Below are positions 28,973 through 40,708 of a stretch of DNA of 64,000 nucleotides, piece by piece; within the stretch, counting starts at the first letter, position 1; the number at the start of each line of letters is the position of its first letter. Below the pieces are notes generated by a model that saw nothing but the letters and a program-made list of their open reading frames with translations, was not told where the DNA came from and did no database searches. Both the position numbers and the translations under genes were made by a program. This stretch comes from Lingula anatina (Eukaryota > Animalia > Brachiopoda), in NCBI GenBank assembly GCA_051362555.1, contig CM120642.1, positions 22,940,001 to 23,004,000 of the forward strand, written 5' to 3'.

Positions 28973-30594
28973 CAACTTACAGTTTGGATGGAGTGCCTAA
29001 GCTTATCCGTGGTTACTGTATAACATTTAATACTTTATTAAAACGCTGCAACGCAACTTATCTTCGTTCAGTCTTTTGCGTCTTAATTAAATAGCACATG
29101 TCGGCATATGTGCATTCCAAGGCCTTCGTCTTCTATTCCTCGATTATTGTTTAACATATCATCCATTTGAAAAGAGCCTGGAAATCACCTCGAGACTTAC
29201 TCAAAATAATTCATTTTCTAATTGCGAAGCATTATAACTGGTAGTAACTATACGTAACAGCAATTAAAGCTGTTCTGGCCTCGACAAATTGCGACCGCAC
29301 ACAAACATAACGATCTAGCTTTATTTGCAATGGCAGTTGCACCCCATGCTCTCTGGAGGCCTTTGCAATAGCAACACAATTTTTGCGTAGACGGAAGCAC
29401 CGCCTTGAACTCTACTAATGATAGATCGCGGCATAAAATGACGACGCCACGTCACGCATAATGATGTAGTTAATAAAGAGATTATTTAAATTTATGGTAA
29501 TGTCACAATTACAATACTGATATTTGAACAAATAAATGTCAAACAAAATATTATTTGTAACTTATTGAAGTTGTAAGACATTTAATTATTGCAAACAATA
29601 TCGCCACTCAATAAGCGAAGCATGTTATTGTGAACTGATACTATTACTGATACATTGCACTGCATAATAACAAACAATGAGGAAGTTGGCGGTGTGACTG
29701 AATGCTGTGTCTCTTGCATGTGTAGATTGTGAAAAAGGCTTAACTTATGATTATTTTAAAACTATTGTTAAAACAATACACAGTTGAATTTAATCAGAAA
29801 ATTTCAGTGAATAAATGATTTTTTTTTAATTTTTAAAACGTGATTTCATAAAAAAATCATCAGTGTAATTTTTTCTCTTTGATGAAAAAATAACCTGTAT
29901 AAAGAGCATTCTTCACGTGAAAATCCCCATGAAAAAACACAATAATCAGGTTTTTGAGACGCCGAGAACTCATGGTTTCAGTTTAATCCTTTCTATCAAA
30001 TACCGAGTGACGCAATTTTTCATAAGCTTCAAATTTTTGTTACAAGCTATTATGACTAACAACCAAAACTTGTCATCATGATTAATAACACTAGAGACAC
30101 TGTAAACGATGAATTACGCATACGCACAGGCAATTGCGTCGGGGTGACTCGTCGCAAATAATAGCCTGGAAACAAGAGATGATACTCGCGGGATAATACA
30201 CTGTCACCAGAACACTTCGAGCGTCTGCGAAAGCTGTTCAAAGCATACAACGCAAAAGGGTGACAGTGTATCATTTCACATGCATACCAAAAAAATACTG
30301 TTATTTCATCCTAAAACACCCCTAAAACCGAATGAAGTGTTCCTGCTATCTAGAGATCGCTAGAGATGTTATATTGAATAAACTCGTCCACGTCCGCTGA
30401 CAACCTTTTGCTAAATTCTTACGTTATGATTGACTAATTTGGTCAAATGTGTTAAATACTTGTTGTTGAAGGCCAATTCAACTCGCTTGAACAGTATTCA
30501 ATCAACCGTCGACACTGCCATGTACGACTCGACTTGGCCACACCTAGCTGGGACTGCTGCGGAACAAAGGCCCCAAGGCGAAACCTTTACTTTT

Positions 30595-30910
30595 CAGTGA
30601 CATTTCTGATGAAGAAGGAGTGTCGGACTGGAAACAAAAGTCAAATTCAGGCAAATATATTTTAAAAGTCCAAGGGGAAATAGATGTACTTTTTTAATAT
30701 TTCTGACGACGAGACAGTTTCGGAATATAATAAAAGTCACACGGATCTTTGTTACAAGTCCACGGGAGTAATAGGCCTACTTCTACTTTTCATTGATATT
30801 TCTGACGACGAGGCTGTTCCAGAACATAATCAAAGTCAGACGGATGTTTATTACAAGTTAACAGGAGTAATAATTCTACATTTCACTGATAATTCTGACG
30901 ACGAAGCATC
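30595..30910 (+). repeat. Diverged ~97-bp tandem repeat, 3-4 copies
   Basis: ATTTCTGA(C/T)GA(C/A)GA recurs at about 30602, 30699, 30798 and 30892 with related downstream sequence. Confidence 0.55.
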
Positions 30911-32246
30911 ACATCTCTCGTCTTGGTATGTACTGCGTAAATTGCAAATTGCGACGTCTTCGAGTTATCGAGCCTTAAACGCTAAAAGTTTAGTTGGCAT
31001 AGGCCTACTGCTGTCATTAATGCACTAGTAAGATTATTCAAATTGACGAAATCGTCAAATTTAGAAAATTGGAAAATAAATATTTAGCCTATGCATAACG
31101 ACTACAAGCTATGGGCCTATCCACCGCGCAAAGTTCACTCTAGACTTGGACATAATAACGTTATTACAAAACATCTTAGTGCAATGTCGGTCAACCGTCG
31201 GAAGAAGCTCCTATTTTGGCTCCACCCCGTAACAACCTCATGAGATGCACCTTGGTACTCTGTAAAGAGTAGGAGGCTACGCTGCAGCGCAGTCATTATC
31301 AGGTCAAATCCGTACAACTTCCAATTTCTTTTATTGGTGCCAAGCTTTAAGTGGCATAGGCCGTAGTAATTAAGCTTTTCTACCAGAGAAAGAAGGAATT
31401 CGTATTTACACTAGGCCTAGACGAGTTTCTTTTATTAGACCACAGATATCTTTCTGTGCAAGAGTCTGCTCTTTGAATTACTATCCAACCCATTACGGAT
31501 GCTATAAACGGAGTATAAAACACTGTGCACAGTGCATTTATTATCGGAATGAGGTCAAACTCTTTGTTTTGGGTTGGAATTTCTTTATTGGTCAGGTCAG
31601 ACATTTATCTTATGTCTTCAGCGATGTCTTAGTAACTTATCAATCACTTCAAATTAGGTGAGATAGCCTAACGAGCACGGACGTCGTGTATTTAGGCCTA
31701 AACCAATATATCTGCGCTGTGTTCTACACTGTAGTTTGCTTCACCGAGTGCTCCTCGATTGGAAGCCGATGGTCGATGGAATTTTTGTCTTTAGTAGTGG
31801 TTAGGGTTGGCCAGGCATCAGGCATCCATTGTAATAAACGGCAACCACTGCTCTTTTAAAAACCTAGGTTTTCTTTACAAGAAGCATTTATTAAACATGG
31901 TCGCCTTACCCTCATCCCTTATGCTGAGTGACCTACATAAATCTAGGGCATTTTGCTGACATTTTCAAAACGAGGCCACAACATACACACAACCGGAAGT
32001 GGTCGTTAAAAGCTACAAATTTAATGTAAATTCATTACTTTGAAAATAATGCGATTTTCATACACCTATCTAAAATTATCAAAATATTATTACAATAATT
32101 TTTTTGAAATAAATTTGCCCATAATGCATTATCAATAACGATCCATATTTATTAACCTAAGTGCCGACGCTGATATTCCGACAAATCGGCTTGCTGACGT
32201 CGGAATTAGCATGGCAAATATAATGTGAGACAAAATACTCCTCAGC

Positions 32247-32411
32247 ATACTTACCTGGCACAGAAGTTAACCGTGATCATTAAGGCGGTTCTTCCAGGGC
32301 GAGGCCTTACCATTGCACTCCGGTTTGGCTGACCCTTGCGATTACCCCAAATAGGGGTAACTCGGGTGCGTAATTTTTGATTGTGGGGGACTGCGTTCGC
32401 GCTATCCCCTG
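32247..32411 (+). ncRNA. RNU1: U1 snRNA (variant copy or pseudogene)
   Basis: 5' ATACTTACCTGG, U1A loop ATTGCAC, stem III, Sm site AATTTTTG and terminal stem IV GGGGACTGCGTTCGCGCTATCCCC; length 165 nt. Confidence 0.93.
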
Positions 32412-32539
32412 AAAACAAATAAAAAGTAGACTTCCCTCTCCCTCTAGCCGACCTGCATGTCTTCAAACCCTTGATGTTTGAACTTGAAAGTAAGACATTG
32501 AAGACATTCAATCTCTCTTAAAGATTCCATTCCTATTTT

Positions 32540-33360
32540 ATATCAGGGTAAATACTAAAAGTTTGGATGTTTCTTGGGTTGATGGTCACTTTCTGCTTAA
32601 CAGGATGATGATGTCTGCCAATTCTATTTACAGAAAGTGGGCTGAAAGTGAGCATCAACTCAAGAATATGCTCGACGTCCTGAAAACAAAGAAAGAGAGA
32701 CTGGATGTAAAAGATCAAAAAGAAAAACAAAGATCATGTCTCACAAATTGTCAGAGGAAAAAAAGAGAAATGGAACAATACCCGAGAACAACTGGAAGAA
32801 GTCAAAGAATACAAGTTTTGGGGAAGGCTATTGGCACCAGGAAAAGAGATGACCTGAAAAATCTACCAACGCATAACTGCAGGCTGGAGACGCTTTAAGC
32901 AGTATCCCCTTTTTGAAAAAGTTAAAAAATGCCCACGTGCTTGAAGAAGAAGATCATGGATACAGTAATCATACCACAGTGACGTACGGATCGGAGATAT
33001 AGTCCCTCACATCAGAGAGAAAGGCTGGCCTTGGCCCAGAGGAACACGGAAAGATCGATGCTCAATCGAGAATGAAGTTATAAGATCAAACAGGTGGAAG
33101 ACACGATTAGCATAGCAAAAACTGCAAAATTTTGATGGTCAGGACATCTTGCTAGAATTCGAATAAACACCAAAAAGTAGACCAGAAAAACCAGAAAAAC
33201 AACAGAATGGATATCAAGAAGAGTCAAAGGAAGAACAAAACAAAGATGCAGAGATGACATTGAGTACAAGATCGGCAGTACATGGACACAAGTGCCACAA
33301 AATCGGCAAGCGTAGGGAAATCTGCGGAGGCTATCCTCCAGCAGTGGCGTGACATTGGGA
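32540..33360 (+). mobile_element. RTE-clade LINE 3' fragment, degenerate
   Basis: Frameshifted remnants AESEHQLKNML, QLEEVKEYKF, CLKKKIMDTVI..TYGSE, WSGHLAR, TTEW, QR.RDDI, EAILQQWRD. Confidence 0.75.
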
Positions 33361-34947
33361 CAGTAGGCTACACTTCTGATGACCGTACGAATGGTTTTTG
33401 ACTAAATGATATGCGATGACAAGTACAAAGAAGAAAACTCTAGTGATATATTAACGCTACCTCCTTTGACAGCTAAAATGCTCCAAAGTATACAAACTAA
33501 TCGGGAAAGACAAAAATTATACTGGGAAAAAATACTGAAAATACTGTCGGTGCGAGGAATACAGAAACTGACACTTCACTGGCCTCTGCATACACACAAA
33601 ATTTAAAGCTAAAGTACCTTATGTCTTTCCTAGAAATAAAACAGTAAATAAGCCATAATATGGTACTTTTTAGAAACATAATTAAATACAATATTGGTTC
33701 TGTAATAAACAAAACTGAAACATGACACTACTGCAAATAATCAAAATCAGATAAATGTATACCTACATTATACACTAAAATGAATGACGATCACGATGTC
33801 TGAGGGAAGAATGAAACAGATGACAAAAACTTACTTCTGGGGTGAATTTTGCAGTAACAGTGAAGTGATGCAGAAAGTTACAATAACAGATTCTTCAAAC
33901 AAGAGCTAAAAATAGAATTATAACCACTTCAATGTTTCAATGTCTCACAAGCCGGTCTTCATCAGGGTATGAGACAGATGATGTTATAATAACCTCTGCC
34001 TAGGAATGCAATAATCCCCCGCTCCCCTCACTCTGTTACTTCCATAGAAATGGCAAATAAAGGTCAGGAGTGTCCCCGTCGTTTGATTTTTACATACATA
34101 GACTCTAAGACTTGACAATACTATTCTCTGGGATCAATACCCATTTTTTTCTTTTTTTTTTATAGGATAGGTTCCCTTATATCTGTGTTTTCTCGTACTT
34201 ACTCGCTGTTGATTTACCGTCTCTGATGTTCACTAATTTTTGATGTCCTGTTCTCTTTTCAACTGCACACCACCATTCTGCCTCTCCAATTAATATAATT
34301 TGTACACACCTCGGCAATGTTTCTGGTCTAGCAGTGAAAGATTTTGTTCATTTGCTAGCTTTCAGAGCCTCATATGGTAGCTGGGCTGATCCTCAGTCTC
34401 TCAGGAGACGAGAGCGTTAACACCCAGACTATATCAGGGAAATGACCATCGAATGTAAACCGCGCTGACTCGCATGTGTAGTGCGGTACGTAAGAGCTGA
34501 AATTTACTTTTTTTTTCTTACTTTATTACACCTCACTGTTTGTATCACTCAATAGTTTAATTCAGGGTTATTGAGGACTCGCAGGGGCCTAACCTCGCTT
34601 CGGGCTACTCTATTATACATGATGTTTAGTTATTGCTGTTGGAAGAATCCATTATTGTAACTTTGATGTGCATGAAACAGCTGACAAAAAATTTTGGGAG
34701 GTAAAGTAATGGAAGAGAAGCCTTTATTCAATCAAATAAGGCAGCTTAAAGCGATGGAAAATCAATTTCTCATTAATTAGAATCAACTATTTTGCTACGT
34801 ACATACTTACATGTATCTCAGCAGAAATGTCCAATAGCTTGGTAATTGGATCAAATACGATAATTATAAAGCATAAGCTTACGACCAATCTGTACGTAGG
34901 TCTTCATCTGGCTGATGTGAGTAGATGTCACTGACAGTATAGCCGTT

Positions 34948-34964
34948 GTACCACCTAGCGGCCA
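34948..34964 (-). promoter_or_regulatory. CTCF-like motif
   Basis: Minus strand TGGCCGCTAGGTGGTAC resembles the CTCF core; it lies at the boundary between the genic and TE-rich halves. Confidence 0.3.
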
Positions 34965-36297
34965 GTGAGAAACAACATCTACTCACAGTCCGATGAAAAC
35001 CTACATGTACGTCCAGCTTGGCCTTTATAAAAACTTACGGTATGAAAACATTTCAGCCTTTATAATTATCATATATGATATATGCTTCTCCTTTTTAATT
35101 CTGATTGCCCATCCTTCTATTTCTCGTCTCTCGTCGAACACCGGCAAGTGCCCTTTCCATCTTTATGACAGTAATTGTCTCTTTCCGTCTCATTTTACAC
35201 TATTCACGACCACGTGCAAAAAAAAAAAACTTTGTATAATTTCATGTATTACACCCTACCTTGTTTTGCTTTTCGCGCACACTTGTAAAGAAAGAGTGCA
35301 CTAGCATTGGAATAAAAGGAGAAATGAAAATTAATTTATGACAATTATGATTTGCCATGATGTTATGTTTTTATCATTCTTCATTGTAAAGGGTTTTTTA
35401 TTAGATGAAGCCAACTGATATGAAAATTAGGTTCTTTAATGAAAAAAAAATAGAAAATTAACAATGAATTAATGAAAGACCAGTGTAAAATTGTTATTTG
35501 CTATTGCTTTATTTTATATTTACATTTGAGCTCCGTGTATAATATTTATAAAATAATACCATCAACAGAAAACATATCAATATTGTTATACTTAGCAACA
35601 ATTATATTTGTTGCAATTATTTGCACACTATGATGATTAGTATACTGGTACACTACTTGATGGGTATATCTTTTTTAGACAATGAACAGAGAGATTATTC
35701 TTAAAAAAAGGACAGTCTTCTATTTTAACAAATAATGTATTAAATTTTTTTTCACTGACAAGTCACATACATGTACCAATCCATATTGGGATTTGAATAA
35801 ACTTGTTTTATTTTTTGATAAGTTGATTTTTGTCACTGATATACGTTCACTTTAAATACAATATTTTAACTGCAGATATCTTACTTCTAGTGGTAATAAT
35901 AACCTACATTGACATGACAATCTCTAAATAAATTATAAATATGACCAAAAACAATTTTTCGTTTGTTTCGTTTGTTTTGGAAAAAAAAAGGGATTTTCAT
36001 CTTGGCTTAAGCGCGAGTTTTCTGTTTTTGCTTTTAAATAAGGATTGCAAATTCATACTTTAAGGAATAACAACTCTTCATTTTTGAAGGAGTGAACGAT
36101 GATTTTCCCATAATTTAAAATTAAACGAGACTTACCTTGGTTAAGTCGATGTTTGATTGTAATTCTGTGAGTGTAAAAATGAGGGAGGGCTTAAATGAGA
36201 TATGCTTGCGCATGCGTACTCAGCCTTTAAAGCTTGATGTTTTCACATTTTTTTTTTAAAGAACATTTTTATTTATTTATCTATTAGTAGTATTATG

Positions 36298-36299
<2 letters not shown>

Positions 36300-36361
<62 letters not shown>
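36300..36361. repeat. (TA)n microsatellite inside the DIRS 3' region
   Basis: Pure TA run. Confidence 0.95.
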
Positions 36362-36367
<6 letters not shown>

Positions 36368-36708
36368 CTGTGAGCTGATTACATTGGAATTTATATTACT
36401 GAGTAAGCTGGGTGGGGAGGGTGGCATTTACAATGTAAGCCCTCCCTCATTTTTACACTCACAGAATTACAATCAAACATCGACTTAACCAAGGTAAGTC
36501 TCGTTTAATTTTAAATTCTATTTCGTATAAAAATATCGGTCAGTCTTAAATGAGACTTTAAAGTAAAATGTGACAAACATCAATAAACCAGTATTCAATG
36601 GCCTTTATTTCAGCTTAAAATATCGTTTAGAACAGTTTCAACAAATCATCAACAGATACTCATGTAAACCTATACATGCCAGTATATACTAGTATATGAA
36701 TATGCTCA

Positions 36709-37947
36709 TTACTTCCTTTTTAAAACTCCATATTCAAATGTGGTAGCTTTATCCTCGATTTGTTTCTCATAGAATTTTGCAAATGTTTTTTCAGTACTCC
36801 AACCAGCTTTGTTCAAAATATCTGTCACTGGCACAGAATTCATTTTTGCCTTTGAAACAGCAGCAGCTCTCACACTGTGAGCACCAAATAAAGTAGTGTC
36901 TATTCCCGATTTTGTCATTACAACTTTGATCCATCTAGAAATCGTATCTCTTTGAACAGGTTTATAAGGTTTCATATAACTTATAAGCAAATTTTTATCA
37001 ACATTATGCCTACGCAATGTCTTTGTACGAGCTATATACTCTTTTAAAACAGTATAAACACACAACCTCCTATCTGGAGGGTAAGCTTTAAACACAATAT
37101 GTGATGAATTACAACCTGGTCTACTTTGCTTCAGTAAACCACATAACTGAAACACAAACTCTGAACTCAACTTTTTCATATCAACAACAGAAATTAAATG
37201 CAATGTTTGTACACGTGTGGCATTAATTAATGCCATGAGCATTGTAAGTTTTAAAGTCAGATCCTTCAAAGTCAAGTGCTTTACTGGTGAAAGTTTCCTT
37301 AAGAAAACCAGAACTTTATTAACATCCCAAATTTGAGCATAACGTTGTCTTGGTGGCCTCAAATTATAAATGCCTTTCATATATCTTATCACCAATGGAT
37401 GACTCCCTGCTGAAACTCCATCAATTTGAATACCCATTGATGAAATAGCACCTCTTGCTGTATTTAAACTGTCATAAGCTAAGCCATCATTAAACTGTTT
37501 TGTAAGAAATTCTATCACCTCTTCCACATGTGGTGAAATTGAATTAATTTTCCTTTCACCACAGTATTTGAACCAGCGTTTAATGAACACGTTGTATTGT
37601 TTCTTTGTCCCTGTACGCCAAGATGACATAAGTATGTGGGTTGATTGCTCAGAAAGGCCTCGTTCTCTAAACTGTTCCCTGATACTTTGCATACAATGAG
37701 TTTCAACTTGTCCATAAGAGGATGTTCCACTGGGAGCTTGTTCCCTGGTAAAGTTAGCAGACCTTTTTTCTTTTGAATGACTATTGGGTTTTCCACAAGT
37801 AATTCCATCAACTTTGCAAACCATATCTGTGTTGGCCATACAGGAGCCACTATAATACCCCTGGCTTTGTCTTTGCGAATCTTCTGGATACAATGACCCA
37901 GCAAACTGAAAGGTGGAAACAGATAAACATAATTCAGTGTTCCCCAA
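36709..37947 (-). CDS. DIRS tyrosine recombinase (true start probably at the internal MQSIREQF)
   Basis: Catalytic set NATRVQTL, LLKQSRPG, HSVR, AGWS, FAKFY. Confidence 0.9.
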   Translation of the reverse strand: MGNTELCLSVSTFQFAGSLYPEDSQRQSQGYYSGSCMANTDMVCKVDGITCGKPNSHSKEKRSANFTREQAPSGTSSYGQVETHCMQSIREQFRERGLSEQSTHILMSSWRTGTKKQYNVFIKRWFKYCGERKINSISPHVEEVIEFLTKQFNDGLAYDSLNTARGAISSMGIQIDGVSAGSHPLVIRYMKGIYNLRPPRQRYAQIWDVNKVLVFLRKLSPVKHLTLKDLTLKLTMLMALINATRVQTLHLISVVDMKKLSSEFVFQLCGLLKQSRPGCNSSHIVFKAYPPDRRLCVYTVLKEYIARTKTLRRHNVDKNLLISYMKPYKPVQRDTISRWIKVVMTKSGIDTTLFGAHSVRAAAVSKAKMNSVPVTDILNKAGWSTEKTFAKFYEKQIEDKATTFEYGVLKRK

Positions 37948-39605
37948 TCATAAGTAAATGCATTAATACCCCAAGCAAAGGGGTCTGCCTGCCATGAACA
38001 ATATCTTTCAACTTGCGCATTTAATCTAGAGGCAAAAAGATCAATAAATGGATTTCCAAATTTTTCACATATCTTTTGAAATACATTCTCATTCAACTTC
38101 CATTCTAAACGTTCATTAAACTTCCTAGAAGCATCATCAGCATCTACATTATCTTTCCCTGGCACATGGACACAGGTGAGCCAAACATTTTTCTCGATAC
38201 ACCAATGCCAAATCTTTTTTGCTATGTCACTGCAATCAAAAGATTTAATTCCACCCATATTCTGAATATAGTCACATGCTGTAATATTATCACTCATGAT
38301 CTTTACATGTTTATTTTCAAATCTAAATGTAAAAGACTGCAATGCATATAATATTGCTAGTAATTCTAAAGCATTTATATGAAGGTTAGCTTCTTCTGGA
38401 AACCATCTACCACCAATTTTTTGACCCTCCAAATGAGCACCCCAGCCTAATTTGGATGCATCAGTATACAATATAATGTCAACATTTCCTTTGTCAATTT
38501 TCCTTCTTTGCAAGTGGACATTTTCCATCCACCATTGTAATTCTTGCTTCATACTAATTGTAATGTGCATCATAGCATCATAATTTCCATTGTTGCTTTT
38601 TAAAGCACTTATCTTCTGCTTTTCAAGTTCTCTATAATGGAGTTTACCATATTCAACAGCTGAGAATGTTGAAACTATAATTCCAATCACTTTAGCTACT
38701 AGTCTTACTTTTGCTTCTGTTTTAATGATAAGCATTTTACACTGCTGTACAATGTGATCCATTTTATCTTTAGGTAAAGTCACCGTCATACTTTCAGAAT
38801 CAATTATATTTCCCAAAAACAACAATGATTGTTGGGGAATAAGGACAGACTTTTCTGCATTGATTATAAAACCAAGTGTTTCCATTAGATGTTTTGTGCA
38901 TCTTATATTTTCAACACATTCAAGGTAATTATCTGAACACAATAAACTGTCATCAATAAATCCTGAACTAGAATGGCCAAGACTTCTCAATTTTGCATAT
39001 ACAGGCTTTAATAATTTCGTAAATATTTTGGGCCCTTCAGAAACGCCATTTGCAAGGCATGTGTATTGATAGATATTTCCTTCCCAAACAAATCGAAAAA
39101 GAATTTGCTGTTCTTCTGCTATTTTCACACTATAATATGCATGCTTTATATCAATTGATGCTAGGAAGCATCCTTTTGTCACTAAGGTCAATGCCTTTTC
39201 AAAAGTGTCCATTTTAAAATGTTCATAGGGAATGTGTTGATTCAGCTTCTTAAGATTTAATATCATTCTGTATTCTCCATTCTTTTTAGGGCGTACAAAA
39301 ATAGGAGATAAAAACTGCCCCGGTACATTTTGAACTTTCTTAATAACACCAAGATCAAGTAGTTTAGAAATTTCTTTCCTGATTATAATTGTTTCTTCTG
39401 TGTTAAACCTATATTTCACCATATCATTTAAGTTTTGAAATCCAATGTTGGTATCAACATTTATATGACAATTTTGTACTATATCCAAGATATATGGGTC
39501 ACTGGTCAATTTTCTCCATTCATCTACAAACAAATGCAATCTACCAGCTTGAAATTTATGTCTCACCTCTAGTATCTGTTCTGATCCCACTGGCTGCTTT
39601 GCCAT
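37515..39605 (-). CDS. DIRS RT-RNase H-methyltransferase-like polyprotein
   Basis: RMILNLKKLN, SIDIKHAYY, GFIDD (RT); YTDASKLGWG, HINALEL, SDN (RNase H); IDLFASRLN, YLFPPF (Dam-like MT domain). Confidence 0.92.
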   Translation of the reverse strand: MAKQPVGSEQILEVRHKFQAGRLHLFVDEWRKLTSDPYILDIVQNCHINVDTNIGFQNLNDMVKYRFNTEETIIIRKEISKLLDLGVIKKVQNVPGQFLSPIFVRPKKNGEYRMILNLKKLNQHIPYEHFKMDTFEKALTLVTKGCFLASIDIKHAYYSVKIAEEQQILFRFVWEGNIYQYTCLANGVSEGPKIFTKLLKPVYAKLRSLGHSSSGFIDDSLLCSDNYLECVENIRCTKHLMETLGFIINAEKSVLIPQQSLLFLGNIIDSESMTVTLPKDKMDHIVQQCKMLIIKTEAKVRLVAKVIGIIVSTFSAVEYGKLHYRELEKQKISALKSNNGNYDAMMHITISMKQELQWWMENVHLQRRKIDKGNVDIILYTDASKLGWGAHLEGQKIGGRWFPEEANLHINALELLAILYALQSFTFRFENKHVKIMSDNITACDYIQNMGGIKSFDCSDIAKKIWHWCIEKNVWLTCVHVPGKDNVDADDASRKFNERLEWKLNENVFQKICEKFGNPFIDLFASRLNAQVERYCSWQADPFAWGINAFTYDWGTLNYVYLFPPFSLLGHCIQKIRKDKARGIIVAPVWPTQIWFAKLMELLVENPIVIQKKKGLLTLPGNKLPVEHPLMDKLKLIVCKVSGNSLENEAFLSNQPTYLCHLGVQGQRNNTTCSLNAGSNTVVKGKLIQFHHMWKR

Positions 39606-40708
39606 GAGAAGTTTTTTGAATCTGCATGTGCACCCCTCTGGGAAGAACTTCCTCGGCCACGATTGTACCTTCCTCTCATGCGTCCCCTGAATCGTGGGCC
39701 CCTTTGGTATGGGCGGTTTCTATAATCCAAGCCCATTCTACTCTGCATCATTTTATAACTCATTTTCGCAGAATCTTCCACTTCCCTTGCAGATTTGGTA
39801 ATATCATCTCCAAAGAGAAAAGTTGTGCACGGAATGTTATGATTGCACAAAGGTTTGTACTCTGGCTTAAGGTTTGGTTTTAACAAATCCTTTCTAAAAC
39901 AGTTAATCTGTGTATTGGCATGACCAAGCAAAGCAATACTGTCATTGAACATATCAATGAGTTTTCCAAGCCCTTCACTCGTATCATTTCCTGTTTCTAA
40001 CTTAGCCAGTTTGTCTCTTCCTTTAGTCATCAACGTAGCTGCTTTTACAACTGACATTTGAACATCCTGTAACTTCTTATCATTTGTTTTGGCATATTGA
40101 GGAATAATGTTCCATACCATTTTATTGGTTTTGACTATCACCAAACTTTCACAGTTTTTTGGCCGTGAGTTATTTTCATCTTTGGTAAGTTCTGTATACT
40201 TTGAATGATCTACTATCCCATTGGTGAACAAATCATTGACACTACTCGCCAACACACTGTCAACTTCCACGTCTGTATACTCTATTAATTTATATCTCTT
40301 CGTCATATCATCAAATCTGTTTGTGCTACTAGTACCTGCCTCCGGGCATGTTTCATCCTCCAATCTTTCATCATACTGTTCATCAAAGTCATAATTCTCC
40401 TCACAATATTCATCGTGATACAGGTACTGTTTCTCTAAAGTATCTATGCGTCCCACGACGCTGTTAATGTTCGTTTCCTGTCTCTGCACAGTTTCTTGTA
40501 TATTTTTCATTATAGTTGAATATTCATCACTGTTATGACTAGATTTTGCTTTGTCGTCTAGTTTCCCCTTTCCTGTTCTAGTTTTTACTTTCTTTGCTTT
40601 AACGTCCTCGCTATTCTTACATGTATCTATTGCGGGTTTTGAAAGGCCCGGTAAAACAGCACTACACGTGCTTTCGGCCGCCATATTGAAATTAAGTTTG
40701 GCACACAA
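39569..40708 (-). CDS. DIRS ORF1 (gag-like)
   Basis: First ORF of the element; RPKNCESL..KTN..VW, D.KLQ..Q, ALLGHAN, FLFGDD motifs and an RG-rich tail. Confidence 0.85.
   Translation of the reverse strand: MCAKLNFNMAAESTCSAVLPGLSKPAIDTCKNSEDVKAKKVKTRTGKGKLDDKAKSSHNSDEYSTIMKNIQETVQRQETNINSVVGRIDTLEKQYLYHDEYCEENYDFDEQYDERLEDETCPEAGTSSTNRFDDMTKRYKLIEYTDVEVDSVLASSVNDLFTNGIVDHSKYTELTKDENNSRPKNCESLVIVKTNKMVWNIIPQYAKTNDKKLQDVQMSVVKAATLMTKGRDKLAKLETGNDTSEGLGKLIDMFNDSIALLGHANTQINCFRKDLLKPNLKPEYKPLCNHNIPCTTFLFGDDITKSAREVEDSAKMSYKMMQSRMGLDYRNRPYQRGPRFRGRMRGRYNRGRGSSSQRGAHADSKNFSWQSSQWDQNRY

Noticed and set aside
32251-32511. 86-aa minus-strand ORF with an apparent splice donor
   Set aside because: It is the antisense of the U1 snRNA; the CTTACC is the U1 5' end.
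34350-34505. Possible SINE or ribozyme-like segment
   Set aside because: No clear A/B boxes and no complete hammerhead core.
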